Part shown: positions 14,701 to 27,069 of the stretch, in pieces | Position numbering within the stretch: the first letter of the stretch is position 1 | Layout of the letters: the number at the start of each line of letters is the position of its first letter | Source of the DNA: Eledone cirrhosa | Taxonomy: Eukaryota | Assembly: GCA_964016885.1 (NCBI GenBank) | Contig: OZ024758.1 | Span: 34,968,001 to 35,032,000, forward strand | Direction: 5' to 3' | Length of the DNA: 64,000 nt | The notes under the pieces: model-generated | The model's input: the letters and a program-made list of their open reading frames with translations, nothing else | What the model was told of the DNA's origin: nothing | The model's database searches: none | Translations under genes and position numbers: made by a program

Positions 14701-16933
14701 ACTAGCTGTCAGAAGTAACTCCACTGTTGGTGAGAATTCATTTAAGTTCATGGTATTAGCTGTCAGAAGGAACGCCACTGTTGGTGAGAATTCATTTAAG
14801 TTCATGGTATTAGCTGTCAGAAGTAACTCCACTGTTGGTGAGAATTCATTTAAGTTCATGGTACTAGCTGTCAGAAGTAACTCCAATGTTGGTGAGAATT
14901 CATTTAAGTTCATGGTATTAGCTGTCAGAAGGAACTCCACTGTTGGTGAGAATTCATTTAAGTTCATGGTATTAGCTGTCAGAAGTAACTCCACTGTTGG
15001 TGAAAATTCATTTAAGTTCATGGTACTAGTTGTCAGAAGTAACTCCACTGTTGGTGAGAATTCATTTAAGTTCATGGTATTAGTTGTCAGAAGTAACTCC
15101 ACTGTTGGTGAGAATTCATTAAGTCATGGTATTAGTTGTCAGAAGTAACTCCAATGTTGGTGAGAATTCATTTAAGTTCATGGTACTAGCTGTCAGAAGT
15201 AACTCCACTGTTGGTGATAATTCATTTAAGTCATGGTATTAGCTGTCAGAAGTAACTCCACTGTTGGTGAGAATTCATTTAAGTCATGGTACTAGCTGTC
15301 AGCAGTAACTCCACTGTTGGTGAGAATTCATTTAAGTTCATGGTATTAGCTGTCAGAAGGAACTCCACTGTTGGTGAGAATTCATTTAAGTTCATGGTAT
15401 TAGCTGTCAGAAGTAACTCCACTGTTGGTGAGAATTCATTTAAGTTCATGGTATTAGTTTGTCAGAAGTAACTCCACTGTTGGTGAGAATTCATTTAAGT
15501 CATGGTATTAGTTGTCAGAAGTAACTCCAATGTTGGTGAGAATTCATTTAAGTTCATGGTACTAGCTGTCAGAAGTAACTCCACTGTTGGTGAGAATTCA
15601 TTTAAGTTCATGGTACTAGCTGCCAGAAGTAACTCCACTGTTGGTGAGAATTCATTTAAGTTCATGGTACTAGCTGTCAGAAGTAACTCCACTGTTGGTG
15701 AGAATTCATTTAAGTTCATGGTATTAGCTGTCAGAAGTAACTCCACTGTTGGTGAGAATTCATTTAAGTTCATGGTATTAGCTGTCAGAAGTAACTCCAC
15801 TGTTGGTGAGAATTCATTTAAGTTCATGGTATTAGCTGTCAGAAGTAACTCCACTGTTGGTGAGAATTCATTTAAGTTCATGGTATTAGCTGTCAGAAGG
15901 AACTCCAATGTTGGTGAGAAATCATTTAAGTCATGGTACTAGCTGTCAGAAGTAACTCCACTGTTGGTGAGAATTCATTTAAGTTCATGGTATTAGCTGT
16001 CAGAAGGAACGCCACTGTTGGTGAGAATTCATTTAAGTTCATGGTATTAGCTGTCAGAAGTAACTCCACTGTTGGTGAGAATTCATTTAAGTTCATGGTA
16101 CTAGCTGTCAGAAGTAACTCCAATGTTGGTGAGAATTCATTTAAGTTCATGGTATTAGCTGTCAGAAGGAACTCCACTGTTGGTGAGAATTCATTTAAGT
16201 TCATGGTATTAGCTGTCAGAAGTAACTCCACTGTTGGTGAAAATTCATTTAAGTTCATGGTACTAGTTGTCAGAAGTAACTCCACTGTTGGTGAGAATTC
16301 ATTTAAGTTCATGGTATTAGTTGTCAGAAGTAACTCCACTGTTGGTGAGAATTCATTAAGTCATGGTATTAGTTGTCAGAAGTAACTCCAATGTTGGTGA
16401 GAATTCATTTAAGTTCATGGTACTAGCTGTCAGAAGTAACTCCACTGTTGGTGATAATTCATTTAAGTCATGGTATTAGCTGTCAGAAGTAACTCCACTG
16501 TTGGTGAGAATTCATTTAAGTCATGGTACTAGCTGTCAGCAGTAACTCCACTGTTGGTGAGAATTCATTTAAGTTCATGGTATTAGCTGTCAGAAGGAAC
16601 TCCACTGTTGGTGAGAATTCATTTAAGTTCATGGTATTAGCTGTCAGAAGTAACTCCACTGTTGGTGAGAATTCATTTAAGTTCATGGTATTAGTTTGTC
16701 AGAAGTAACTCCACTGTTGGTGAGAATTCATTTAAGTCATGGTATTAGTTGTCAGAAGTAACTCCAATGTTGGTGAGAATTCATTTAAGTTCATGGTACT
16801 AGCTGTCAGAAGTAACTCCACTGTTGGTGAGAATTCATTTAAGTTCATGGTACTAGCTGCCAGAAGTAACTCCACTGTTGGTGAGAATTCATTTAAGTTC
16901 ATGGTACTAGCTGTCAGAAGTAACTCCACTGTT
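14458..16933. repeat. Tandem duplication, 1237-bp period (23 monomers), 2 copies
   Basis: ORF offsets 14696/15933, 15286/16523 and 15502/16739 are all 1237. The copies share GAGAAATC, GGTGAAAATT, CATTAAGTC and GTCAGCAGT. Mismatches at 14457 versus 15694 and 15697 versus 16934 delimit it. Confidence 0.88.
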
Positions 16934-19900
16934 TGTGAGAATTCATTTAAGTTCATGGTACTAGCTGTCATAAGTAACTCCACTGTTGGTGGGAATTCAT
17001 TTAAGTTCATGGTATTAGCTGTCAGAAGTCACTCCACTGTTGGTGATAATTCATTTAAGTTCATGGTATTAGCTGTCAGAAGTCACTCCACTGTTGGTGA
17101 GAATTCATTTAAATTCATGGTACTAGCTGTCAGAAGTAACCCCAATGTTGTTGAGAATTCATTTAAGTTCATGGTATTAGCTGTCAGAAGTCACTCCAAT
17201 GTTGGTGAGAATTCATTTAAGTTCATGGTATTAGCTGTCAGAAGTAACTCCACTGTTGGTGAGAATTCATTTATGTTCATGGTATTAGCTGTCAGAAGTC
17301 ACTCCAATGTTGGTGATAATTCATTTAAGTTCATGGTATTAGCTGTCAGAAGTAACTCCACTGTTGGTGAGAATTCATTTAAGTTCATGGTATTAGCTGT
17401 CAGAAGTAACTCCACTGTTGGTGAGAATTCATTTAAGTTCATGGTATTAGCTGTCAGAAGTAACTCCACTGTTGGTGAGAATTCATTTAAGTTCATGGTA
17501 TTAGCTGTCAGAAGGAACTCCAATGTTGGTGAGAAATCATTTAAGTCATGGTACTAGCTGTCAGAAGTAACTCCACTGTTGGTGAGAATTCATTTAAGTT
17601 CATGGTATTAGCTGTCAGAAGGAACGCCACTGTTGGTGAGAATTCATTTAAGTTCATGGTATCAGCTGTCAGAAGTAACTCCACTGTTGGTGAGAATTCA
17701 TTTAAGTTCATGGTACTAGCTGTCAGAAGTAACTCCAATGTTGGTGAGAATTCATTTAAGTTCATGGTATTAGCTGTCAGAAGTAACTCCACTGTTGGTG
17801 AAAATTCATTTAAGTTCATGGTACTAGTTGTCAGAAGTAACTCCACTGTTGGTGAGAATTCATTTAAGTTCATGGTATTAGTTGTCAGAAGTAACTCCAC
17901 TGTTGCTGAGAATTCATTAAGTCATGGTATTAGTTGTCAGAAGTAACTCCAATGTTGGTGAGAATTCATTTAAGTTCATGGTACTAGCTGTCAGAAGTAA
18001 CTCCACTGTTGGTGAGAATTCATTTAAGTTCATGGTATTAGCTGTCAGAAGTAACTCCACTGTTGGTGATAATTCATTTAAGTCATGGTATTAGCTGTCA
18101 GAAGTAACTCCATTGTTGGTGAGAATTCATTTAAGTCATGGTACTAGCTGTCAGAAGTAACTCCACTGTTGGTGAGAATTCATTTAAGTTCATGGTATTA
18201 GCTGTCAGAAGGAACTCCACTGTTGGTGAGAATTCATTTAAGTTCATGGTACTAGCTGTCAGAAGTAACTCCACTGTTGGTGAGAATTCATTTAAGTTCA
18301 TGGTATTAGTTTGTCAGAAGTAACTCCACTGTTGGTGAGAATTCATTTAAGTCATGGTATTAGTTGTCAGAAGTAACTCCAATGTTGGTGAGAATTCATT
18401 TAAGTTCATGGTATTAGCAGTCAGAAGTCACTCCACTGTTGGTGAGAATTCATTTAAGTTCATGGTACTAGCTGTCAGAAATAACCCCAATGTTGGTGAG
18501 AATCCATTTAAATTCATGGTATTAGCTGTCAGAAGTCACTCCAATGTTGGTGAGAATTCATTTAAGTTCATGGTATTAGCTGTCAGAAGTAACTCCACTG
18601 TTGGTGAGAATTCATTTAAGTTCATGGTATTAGTTTGTCAGAAGTAACTCCAATGTTGGTGAGAATTCATTTAAGTTCATGGTACTAGCTGTCAGAAGTA
18701 ACTCCAATGTTGGTGAGAATTCATTTACGTTCATGGTATTAGCTGTCAGAAGGAACTCCACTGTTGGTGAGAATTCATTTAAGTTCATGGTATTAGCTGT
18801 CAGAAGTAACTCCACTGTTGGTGAGAATTCATTTAATTCATGGTATTAGCTGTCAGAAGTAACTCCATTGTTGGTGAGAATTCATTTAAGTCATGGTACT
18901 AGCTGTCAGAAGTAACTCCAATGTTGGTGAGAATTCATTTAAGTCATGGTACTAGCTGTCAGAAGTAACTCCAATGTTGGTGAGAATTCATTTAAGTTCA
19001 TGGTATTAGCTGTCAGAAGGAACTCCACTGTTGGTGAGAATTCATTTAAGTTCATGGTATTAGCTGTCAGAAGTAACTCCACTGTTGGTGAGAATTCATT
19101 TAAGTTCATGGTATTAGCAGTCAGAAGTAACTCCACTGTTGGTGAGAATTCATTTAAGTTCATGGTACTAGCTGTCAGAAGTAACTCCACTGTTGGTGAG
19201 AATTCATTTAAGTTCATGGTACTAGCTGTCAGAAGTAACTCCACTGTTGGTGAGAATTCATTTATGTTCATGGTATTAGCTGTCAGAAGTCACTCCAATG
19301 TTGGTGATAATTCATTTAAGTTCATGGTATTAGCTGTCAGAAGTAACTCCACTGTTGGTGAGAATTCATTTAAGTTCATGGTATTAGCTGTCAGAAGTAA
19401 CTCCACTGTTGGTGAGAATTCATTTAAGTTCATGGTATTAGCTGTCAGAAGTAACTCCACTGTTGGTGAGAATTCATTTAAGTTCATGGTATTAGCTGTC
19501 AGAAGGAACTCCAATGTTGGTGAGAAATCATTTAAGTCATGGTACTAGCTGTCAGAAGTAACTCCACTGTTGGTGAGAATTCATTTAAGTTCATGGTATT
19601 AGCTGTCAGAAGGAACGCCACTGTTGGTGAGAATTCATTTAAGTTCATGGTATCAGCTGTCAGAAGTAACTCCACTGTTGGTGAGAATTCATTTAAGTTC
19701 ATGGTACTAGCTGTCAGAAGTAACTCCAATGTTGGTGAGAATTCATTTAAGTTCATGGTATTAGCTGTCAGAAGTAACTCCACTGTTGGTGAAAATTCAT
19801 TTAAGTTCATGGTACTAGTTGTCAGAAGTAACTCCACTGTTGGTGAGAATTCATTTAAGTTCATGGTATTAGTTGTCAGAAGTAACTCCACTGTTGCTGA

Positions 19901-22900
19901 GAATTCATTAAGTCATGGTATTAGTTGTCAGAAGTAACTCCAATGTTGGTGAGAATTCATTTAAGTTCATGGTACTAGCTGTCAGAAGTAACTCCACTGT
20001 TGGTGAGAATTCATTTAAGTTCATGGTATTAGCTGTCAGAAGTAACTCCACTGTTGGTGATAATTCATTTAAGTCATGGTATTAGCTGTCAGAAGTAACT
20101 CCATTGTTGGTGAGAATTCATTTAAGTCATGGTACTAGCTGTCAGAAGTAACTCCACTGTTGGTGAGAATTCATTTAAGTTCATGGTATTAGCTGTCAGA
20201 AGGAACTCCACTGTTGGTGAGAATTCATTTAAGTTCATGGTACTAGCTGTCAGAAGTAACTCCACTGTTGGTGAGAATTCATTTAAGTTCATGGTATTAG
20301 TTTGTCAGAAGTAACTCCACTGTTGGTGAGAATTCATTTAAGTCATGGTATTAGTTGTCAGAAGTAACTCCAATGTTGGTGAGAATTCATTTAAGTTCAT
20401 GGTATTAGCAGTCAGAAGTCACTCCACTGTTGGTGAGAATTCATTTAAGTTCATGGTATTAGCTGTCAGAAGTAACTCCACTGTTGGTGAGAATTCATTT
20501 AAGTTCATGGTACTAGCTGTCAGAAGTAACCCCAATGTTGGTGAGAATTCATTTAAGTTCATGGTATTAGCTGTCAGAAGTCACTCCAATATTGGTGAGA
20601 ATTCATTTAAGTTCATGGTATTAGCTGTCAGAAGTAACTCCACTGTTGGTGAGAATTCATTTAAGTTCATGGTATTAGCTGTCAGAAGTAACTCCACTGT
20701 TGGTGAGAATTCATTTAAGTTCATGGTATTAGCTGTCAGAAGTAACTCCACTGTTGGTGAGAATTCATTTAAGTTCATGGTATTAGCTGTCAGAAGGAAC
20801 TCCAATGTTGGTGAGAAATCATTTAAGTCATGGTACTAGCTGTCAGAAGTAACTCCACTGTTGGTGAGAATTCATTTAAGTTCATGGTATTAGCTGTCAG
20901 AAGGAACGCCACTGTTGGTGAGAATTCATTTAAGTTCATGGTATTAGCTGTCAGAAGTAACTCCACTGTTGGTGAGAATTCATTTAAGTTCATGGTACTA
21001 GCTGTCAGAAGTAACTCCAATGTTGGTGAGAATTCATTTAAGTTCATGGTATTAGCTGTCAGAAGGAACTCCACTGTTGGTGAGAATTCATTTAAGTTCA
21101 TGGTATTAGCTGTCAGAAGTAACTCCACTGTTGGTGAAAATTCATTTAAGTTCATGGTACTAGTTGTCAGAAGTAACTCCACTGTTGGTGAGAATTCATT
21201 TAAGTTCATGGTATTAGTTGTCAGAAGTAACTCCACTGTTGGTGAGAATTCATTAAGTCATGGTATTAGTTGTCAGAAGTAACTCCAATGTTGGTGAGAA
21301 TTCATTTAAGTTCATGGTACTAGCTGTCAGAAGTAACTCCACTGTTGGTGATAATTCATTTAAGTCATGGTATTAGCTGTCAGAAGTAACTCCACTGTTG
21401 GTGAGAATTCATTTAAGTCATGGTACTAGCTGTCAGCAGTAACTCCACTGTTGGTGAGAATTCATTTAAGTTCATGGTATTAGCTGTCAGAAGGAACTCC
21501 ACTGTTGGTGAGAATTCATTTAAGTTCATGGTATTAGCTGTCAGAAGTAACTCCACTGTTGGTGAGAATTCATTTAAGTTCATGGTATTAGTTTGTCAGA
21601 AGTAACTCCACTGTTGGTGAGAATTCATTTAAGTCATGGTATTAGTTGTCAGAAGTAACTCCAATGTTGGTGAGAATTCATTTAAGTTCATGGTACTAGC
21701 TGTCAGAAGTAACTCCACTGTTGGTGAGAATTCATTTAAGTTCATGGTACTAGCTGCCAGAAGTAACTCCACTGTTGGTGAGAATTCATTTAAGTTCATG
21801 GTACTAGCTGTCAGAAGTAACTCCACTGTTTGTGAGAATTCATTTAAGTTCATGGTACTAGCTGTCATAAGTAACTCCACTGTTGGTGGGAATTCATTTA
21901 AGTTCATGGTATTAGCTGTCAGAAGTCACTCCACTGTTGGTGATAATTCATTTAAGTTCATGGTATTAGCTGTCAGAAGTCACTCCACTGTTGGTGAGAA
22001 TTCATTTAAATTCATGGTACTAGCTGTCAGAAGTAACCCCAATGTTGTTGAGAATTCATTTAAGTTCATGGTATTAGCTGTCAGAAGTCACTCCAATGTT
22101 GGTGAGAATTCATTTAAGTTCATGGTATTAGCTGTCAGAAGTAACTCCACTGTTGGTGAGAATTCATTTATGTTCATGGTATTAGCTGTCAGAAGTCACT
22201 CCAATGTTGGTGATAATTCATTTAAGTTCATGGTATTAGCTGTCAGAAGTAACTCCACTGTTGGTGAGAATTCATTTAAGTTCATGGTATTAGCTGTCAG
22301 AAGTAACTCCACTGTTGGTGAGAATTCATTTAAGTTCATGGTATTAGCTGTCAGAAGTAACTCCACTGTTGGTGAGAATTCATTTAAGTTCATGGTATTA
22401 GCTGTCAGAAGGAACTCCAATGTTGGTGAGAAATCATTTAAGTCATGGTACTAGCTGTCAGAAGTAACTCCACTGTTGGTGAGAATTCATTTAAGTTCAT
22501 GGTATTAGCTGTCAGAAGGAACGCCACTGTTGGTGAGAATTCATTTAAGTTCATGGTATCAGCTGTCAGAAGTAACTCCACTGTTGGTGAGAATTCATTT
22601 AAGTTCATGGTACTAGCTGTCAGAAGTAACTCCAATGTTGGTGAGAATTCATTTAAGTTCATGGTATTAGCTGTCAGAAGTAACTCCACTGTTGGTGAAA
22701 ATTCATTTAAGTTCATGGTACTAGTTGTCAGAAGTAACTCCACTGTTGGTGAGAATTCATTTAAGTTCATGGTATTAGTTGTCAGAAGTAACTCCACTGT
22801 TGCTGAGAATTCATTAAGTCATGGTATTAGTTGTCAGAAGTAACTCCAATGTTGGTGAGAATTCATTTAAGTTCATGGTACTAGCTGTCAGAAGTAACTC

Positions 22901-25427
22901 CACTGTTGGTGAGAATTCATTTAAGTTCATGGTATTAGCTGTCAGAAGTAACTCCACTGTTGGTGATAATTCATTTAAGTCATGGTATTAGCTGTCAGAA
23001 GTAACTCCATTGTTGGTGAGAATTCATTTAAGTCATGGTACTAGCTGTCAGAAGTAACTCCACTGTTGGTGAGAATTCATTTAAGTTCATGGTATTAGCT
23101 GTCAGAAGGAACTCCACTGTTGGTGAGAATTCATTTAAGTTCATGGTACTAGCTGTCAGAAGTAACTCCACTGTTGGTGAGAATTCATTTAAGTTCATGG
23201 TATTAGTTTGTCAGAAGTAACTCCACTGTTGGTGAGAATTCATTTAAGTCATGGTATTAGTTGTCAGAAGTAACTCCAATGTTGGTGAGAATTCATTTAA
23301 GTTCATGGTATTAGCAGTCAGAAGTCACTCCACTGTTGGTGAGAATTCATTTAAGTTCATGGTACTAGCTGTCAGAAATAACCCCAATGTTGGTGAGAAT
23401 CCATTTAAATTCATGGTATTAGCTGTCAGAAGTCACTCCAATGTTGGTGAGAATTCATTTAAGTTCATGGTATTAGCTGTCAGAAGTAACTCCACTGTTG
23501 GTGAGAATTCATTTAAGTTCATGGTATTAGTTTGTCAGAAGTAACTCCAATGTTGGTGAGAATTCATTTAAGTTCATGGTACTAGCTGTCAGAAGTAACT
23601 CCAATGTTGGTGAGAATTCATTTACGTTCATGGTATTAGCTGTCAGAAGGAACTCCACTGTTGGTGAGAATTCATTTAAGTTCATGGTATTAGCTGTCAG
23701 AAGTAACTCCACTGTTGGTGAGAATTCATTTAATTCATGGTATTAGCTGTCAGAAGTAACTCCATTGTTGGTGAGAATTCATTTAAGTCATGGTACTAGC
23801 TGTCAGAAGTAACTCCAATGTTGGTGAGAATTCATTTAAGTCATGGTACTAGCTGTCAGAAGTAACTCCAATGTTGGTGAGAATTCATTTAAGTTCATGG
23901 TATTAGCTGTCAGAAGGAACTCCACTGTTGGTGAGAATTCATTTAAGTTCATGGTATTAGCTGTCAGAAGTAACTCCACTGTTGGTGAGAATTCATTTAA
24001 GTTCATGGTATTAGCAGTCAGAAGTAACTCCACTGTTGGTGAGAATTCATTTAAGTTCATGGTACTAGCTGTCAGAAGTAACTCCACTGTTGGTGAGAAT
24101 TCATTTAAGTTCATGGTACTAGCTGTCAGAAGTAACTCCACTGTTGGTGAGAATTCATTTATGTTCATGGTATTAGCTGTCAGAAGTCACTCCAATGTTG
24201 GTGATAATTCATTTAAGTTCATGGTATTAGCTGTCAGAAGTAACTCCACTGTTGGTGAGAATTCATTTAAGTTCATGGTATTAGCTGTCAGAAGTAACTC
24301 CACTGTTGGTGAGAATTCATTTAAGTTCATGGTATTAGCTGTCAGAAGTAACTCCACTGTTGGTGAGAATTCATTTAAGTTCATGGTATTAGCTGTCAGA
24401 AGGAACTCCAATGTTGGTGAGAAATCATTTAAGTCATGGTACTAGCTGTCAGAAGTAACTCCACTGTTGGTGAGAATTCATTTAAGTTCATGGTATTAGC
24501 TGTCAGAAGGAACGCCACTGTTGGTGAGAATTCATTTAAGTTCATGGTATCAGCTGTCAGAAGTAACTCCACTGTTGGTGAGAATTCATTTAAGTTCATG
24601 GTACTAGCTGTCAGAAGTAACTCCAATGTTGGTGAGAATTCATTTAAGTTCATGGTATTAGCTGTCAGAAGTAACTCCACTGTTGGTGAAAATTCATTTA
24701 AGTTCATGGTACTAGTTGTCAGAAGTAACTCCACTGTTGGTGAGAATTCATTTAAGTTCATGGTATTAGTTGTCAGAAGTAACTCCACTGTTGCTGAGAA
24801 TTCATTAAGTCATGGTATTAGTTGTCAGAAGTAACTCCAATGTTGGTGAGAATTCATTTAAGTTCATGGTACTAGCTGTCAGAAGTAACTCCACTGTTGG
24901 TGAGAATTCATTTAAGTTCATGGTATTAGCTGTCAGAAGTAACTCCACTGTTGGTGATAATTCATTTAAGTCATGGTATTAGCTGTCAGAAGTAACTCCA
25001 TTGTTGGTGAGAATTCATTTAAGTCATGGTACTAGCTGTCAGAAGTAACTCCACTGTTGGTGAGAATTCATTTAAGTTCATGGTATTAGCTGTCAGAAGG
25101 AACTCCACTGTTGGTGAGAATTCATTTAAGTTCATGGTACTAGCTGTCAGAAGTAACTCCACTGTTGGTGAGAATTCATTTAAGTTCATGGTATTAGTTT
25201 GTCAGAAGTAACTCCACTGTTGGTGAGAATTCATTTAAGTCATGGTATTAGTTGTCAGAAGTAACTCCAATGTTGGTGAGAATTCATTTAAGTTCATGGT
25301 ATTAGCAGTCAGAAGTCACTCCACTGTTGGTGAGAATTCATTTAAGTTCATGGTATTAGCTGTCAGAAGTAACTCCACTGTTGGTGAGAATTCATTTAAG
25401 TTCATGGTACTAGCTGTCAGAAGTAAC
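15695..25427. repeat. Tandem duplication, 4897-bp period (about 91 monomers), about 2 copies, with nested 1991-bp repeat
   Basis: ORF pairs 15933/20830, 16739/21636, 17548/22445, 18354/23251, 18946/23843, 19539/24436 and 20129/25026 are identical and all offset by 4897. The inner block with GTATCAGCTG recurs at ORF starts 17548, 19539, 22445 and 24436 (spacings 1991, 2906, 1991). Confidence 0.93.
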
Positions 25428-27069
25428 TCCACTGTTGGTGAGAATTCATTTAAGTTCATGGTATTAGTTTGTCAGAAGTAACTCCACTGTTGGTGAGAAT
25501 TCATTTAAGTCATGGTATTAGTTGTCAGAAGTAACTCCAATGTTGGTGAGAATTCATTTAAGTTCATGGTACTAGCTGTCAGAAGTAACTCCACTGTTGG
25601 TGAGAATTCATTTAAGTTCATGGTATTAGCTGTCAGAAGTAACTCCACTGTTGGTGAGAATTCATTTAAGTCATGGTATTAGCTGTCAGAAGTAACTCCA
25701 ATGTTGGTGAGAATTCATTTAAGTCATGGTACTAGCTGTCAGAAGTAACTCCAATGTTGGTGAGAATTCATTTAAGTACATGGTATTAGCTATCAGAAGT
25801 AACTCCACTGTTGGTGAGAATTCATTTAAGTTCATGGTATTAGCTGTCAGAAGTAACTCCACTGTTGGTGAGAATTCATTTAAGTCATGGTATTAGCTGT
25901 CAGAAGTAACTCCAATGTTGGTGAGAATTCATTTAAGTTCATGGTATTAGCTGTCAGAAGTCACTCCACTGTTGGTGAGAACTCATTTAAGTTCATGGTA
26001 CTAGCTGTCAGAAGTAACACCAATGTTGGTGAGAATTCATTTAAGTTCATGGTATTAGCTGTCAGAAGTCACTCCAATGTTGGTGAGAATTCATTTAAGT
26101 TCATGGTATTAGCTGTCAGAAGTAACTCCAATGTTGGTGAGAATTCATTTAAGTCATGGTACTAGCTGTCAGAAGTAACTCCACTGTTGGTGAGAATTAA
26201 TTTAAGTTCATGGTATTAGCTGTCAGAAGGAACGCCACTGTTGGTGAGAATTCATTTAAGTTCATGGTATTAGCTGTCAGAAGTAACTCCACTGTAGGTG
26301 AGAATTCATTTAAGTTCATGGTACTAGCTGTCAGAAGTAACTCCAATGTTGGTGAGAATTCATTTAAGTTCATGGTATTAGCTGTCAGAAGGAACTCCAC
26401 TGTTGCTGAGAATTCATTTAAGTTCATGGTATTAGCTGTCAGAAGTAACTCCACTGTTGGTGAGAATTCATTTAAGTTCATGGTACTAGCTGTCAGAAGT
26501 AACTCCACTGTTGGTGAGAATTCATTTAAGTTCATGGTATTAGCTGTCAGAAGTCACTCCAATGTTGGTGAGAATTCATTTAAGTTCATGGTATTAGCTG
26601 TCAGAAGTCACTCCACTGTTGGTGAGAATTCATTTAAGTTCATGGTACTAGCTGTCAGAAGTAACCCCAATGTTGGTGAGAATTCATTTAAGTTCATGGT
26701 ATTAGCTGTCAGAAGTCACTCCAATGTTGGTGAGAATTCATTTAAGTTCATGGTATTAGCTGTCAGAAGTAACTCCACTGTTGGTGAGAATTCATTTAAG
26801 TTCATGGTATTAGTTTGTCAGAAGTAACTCCACTGTTGGTGAGAATTCATTTAAGTCATGGTACTAGCTGTCAGAAGTAACTCCAATGTTGGTGAGAATT
26901 AATTTAAGTCATGGTATTAGCTGTCAGAAGTAACTCCAATGTTGGTGAGAATTCATTTAAGTTCATGGTATTAGCTGTCAGAAGTAACTCCACTGTTGGT
27001 GAGAATTCATTTAAGTTCATGGTATTAGCTGTCAGAAGTAACTCCACTGTTGGTGAGAATTCATTTAAG

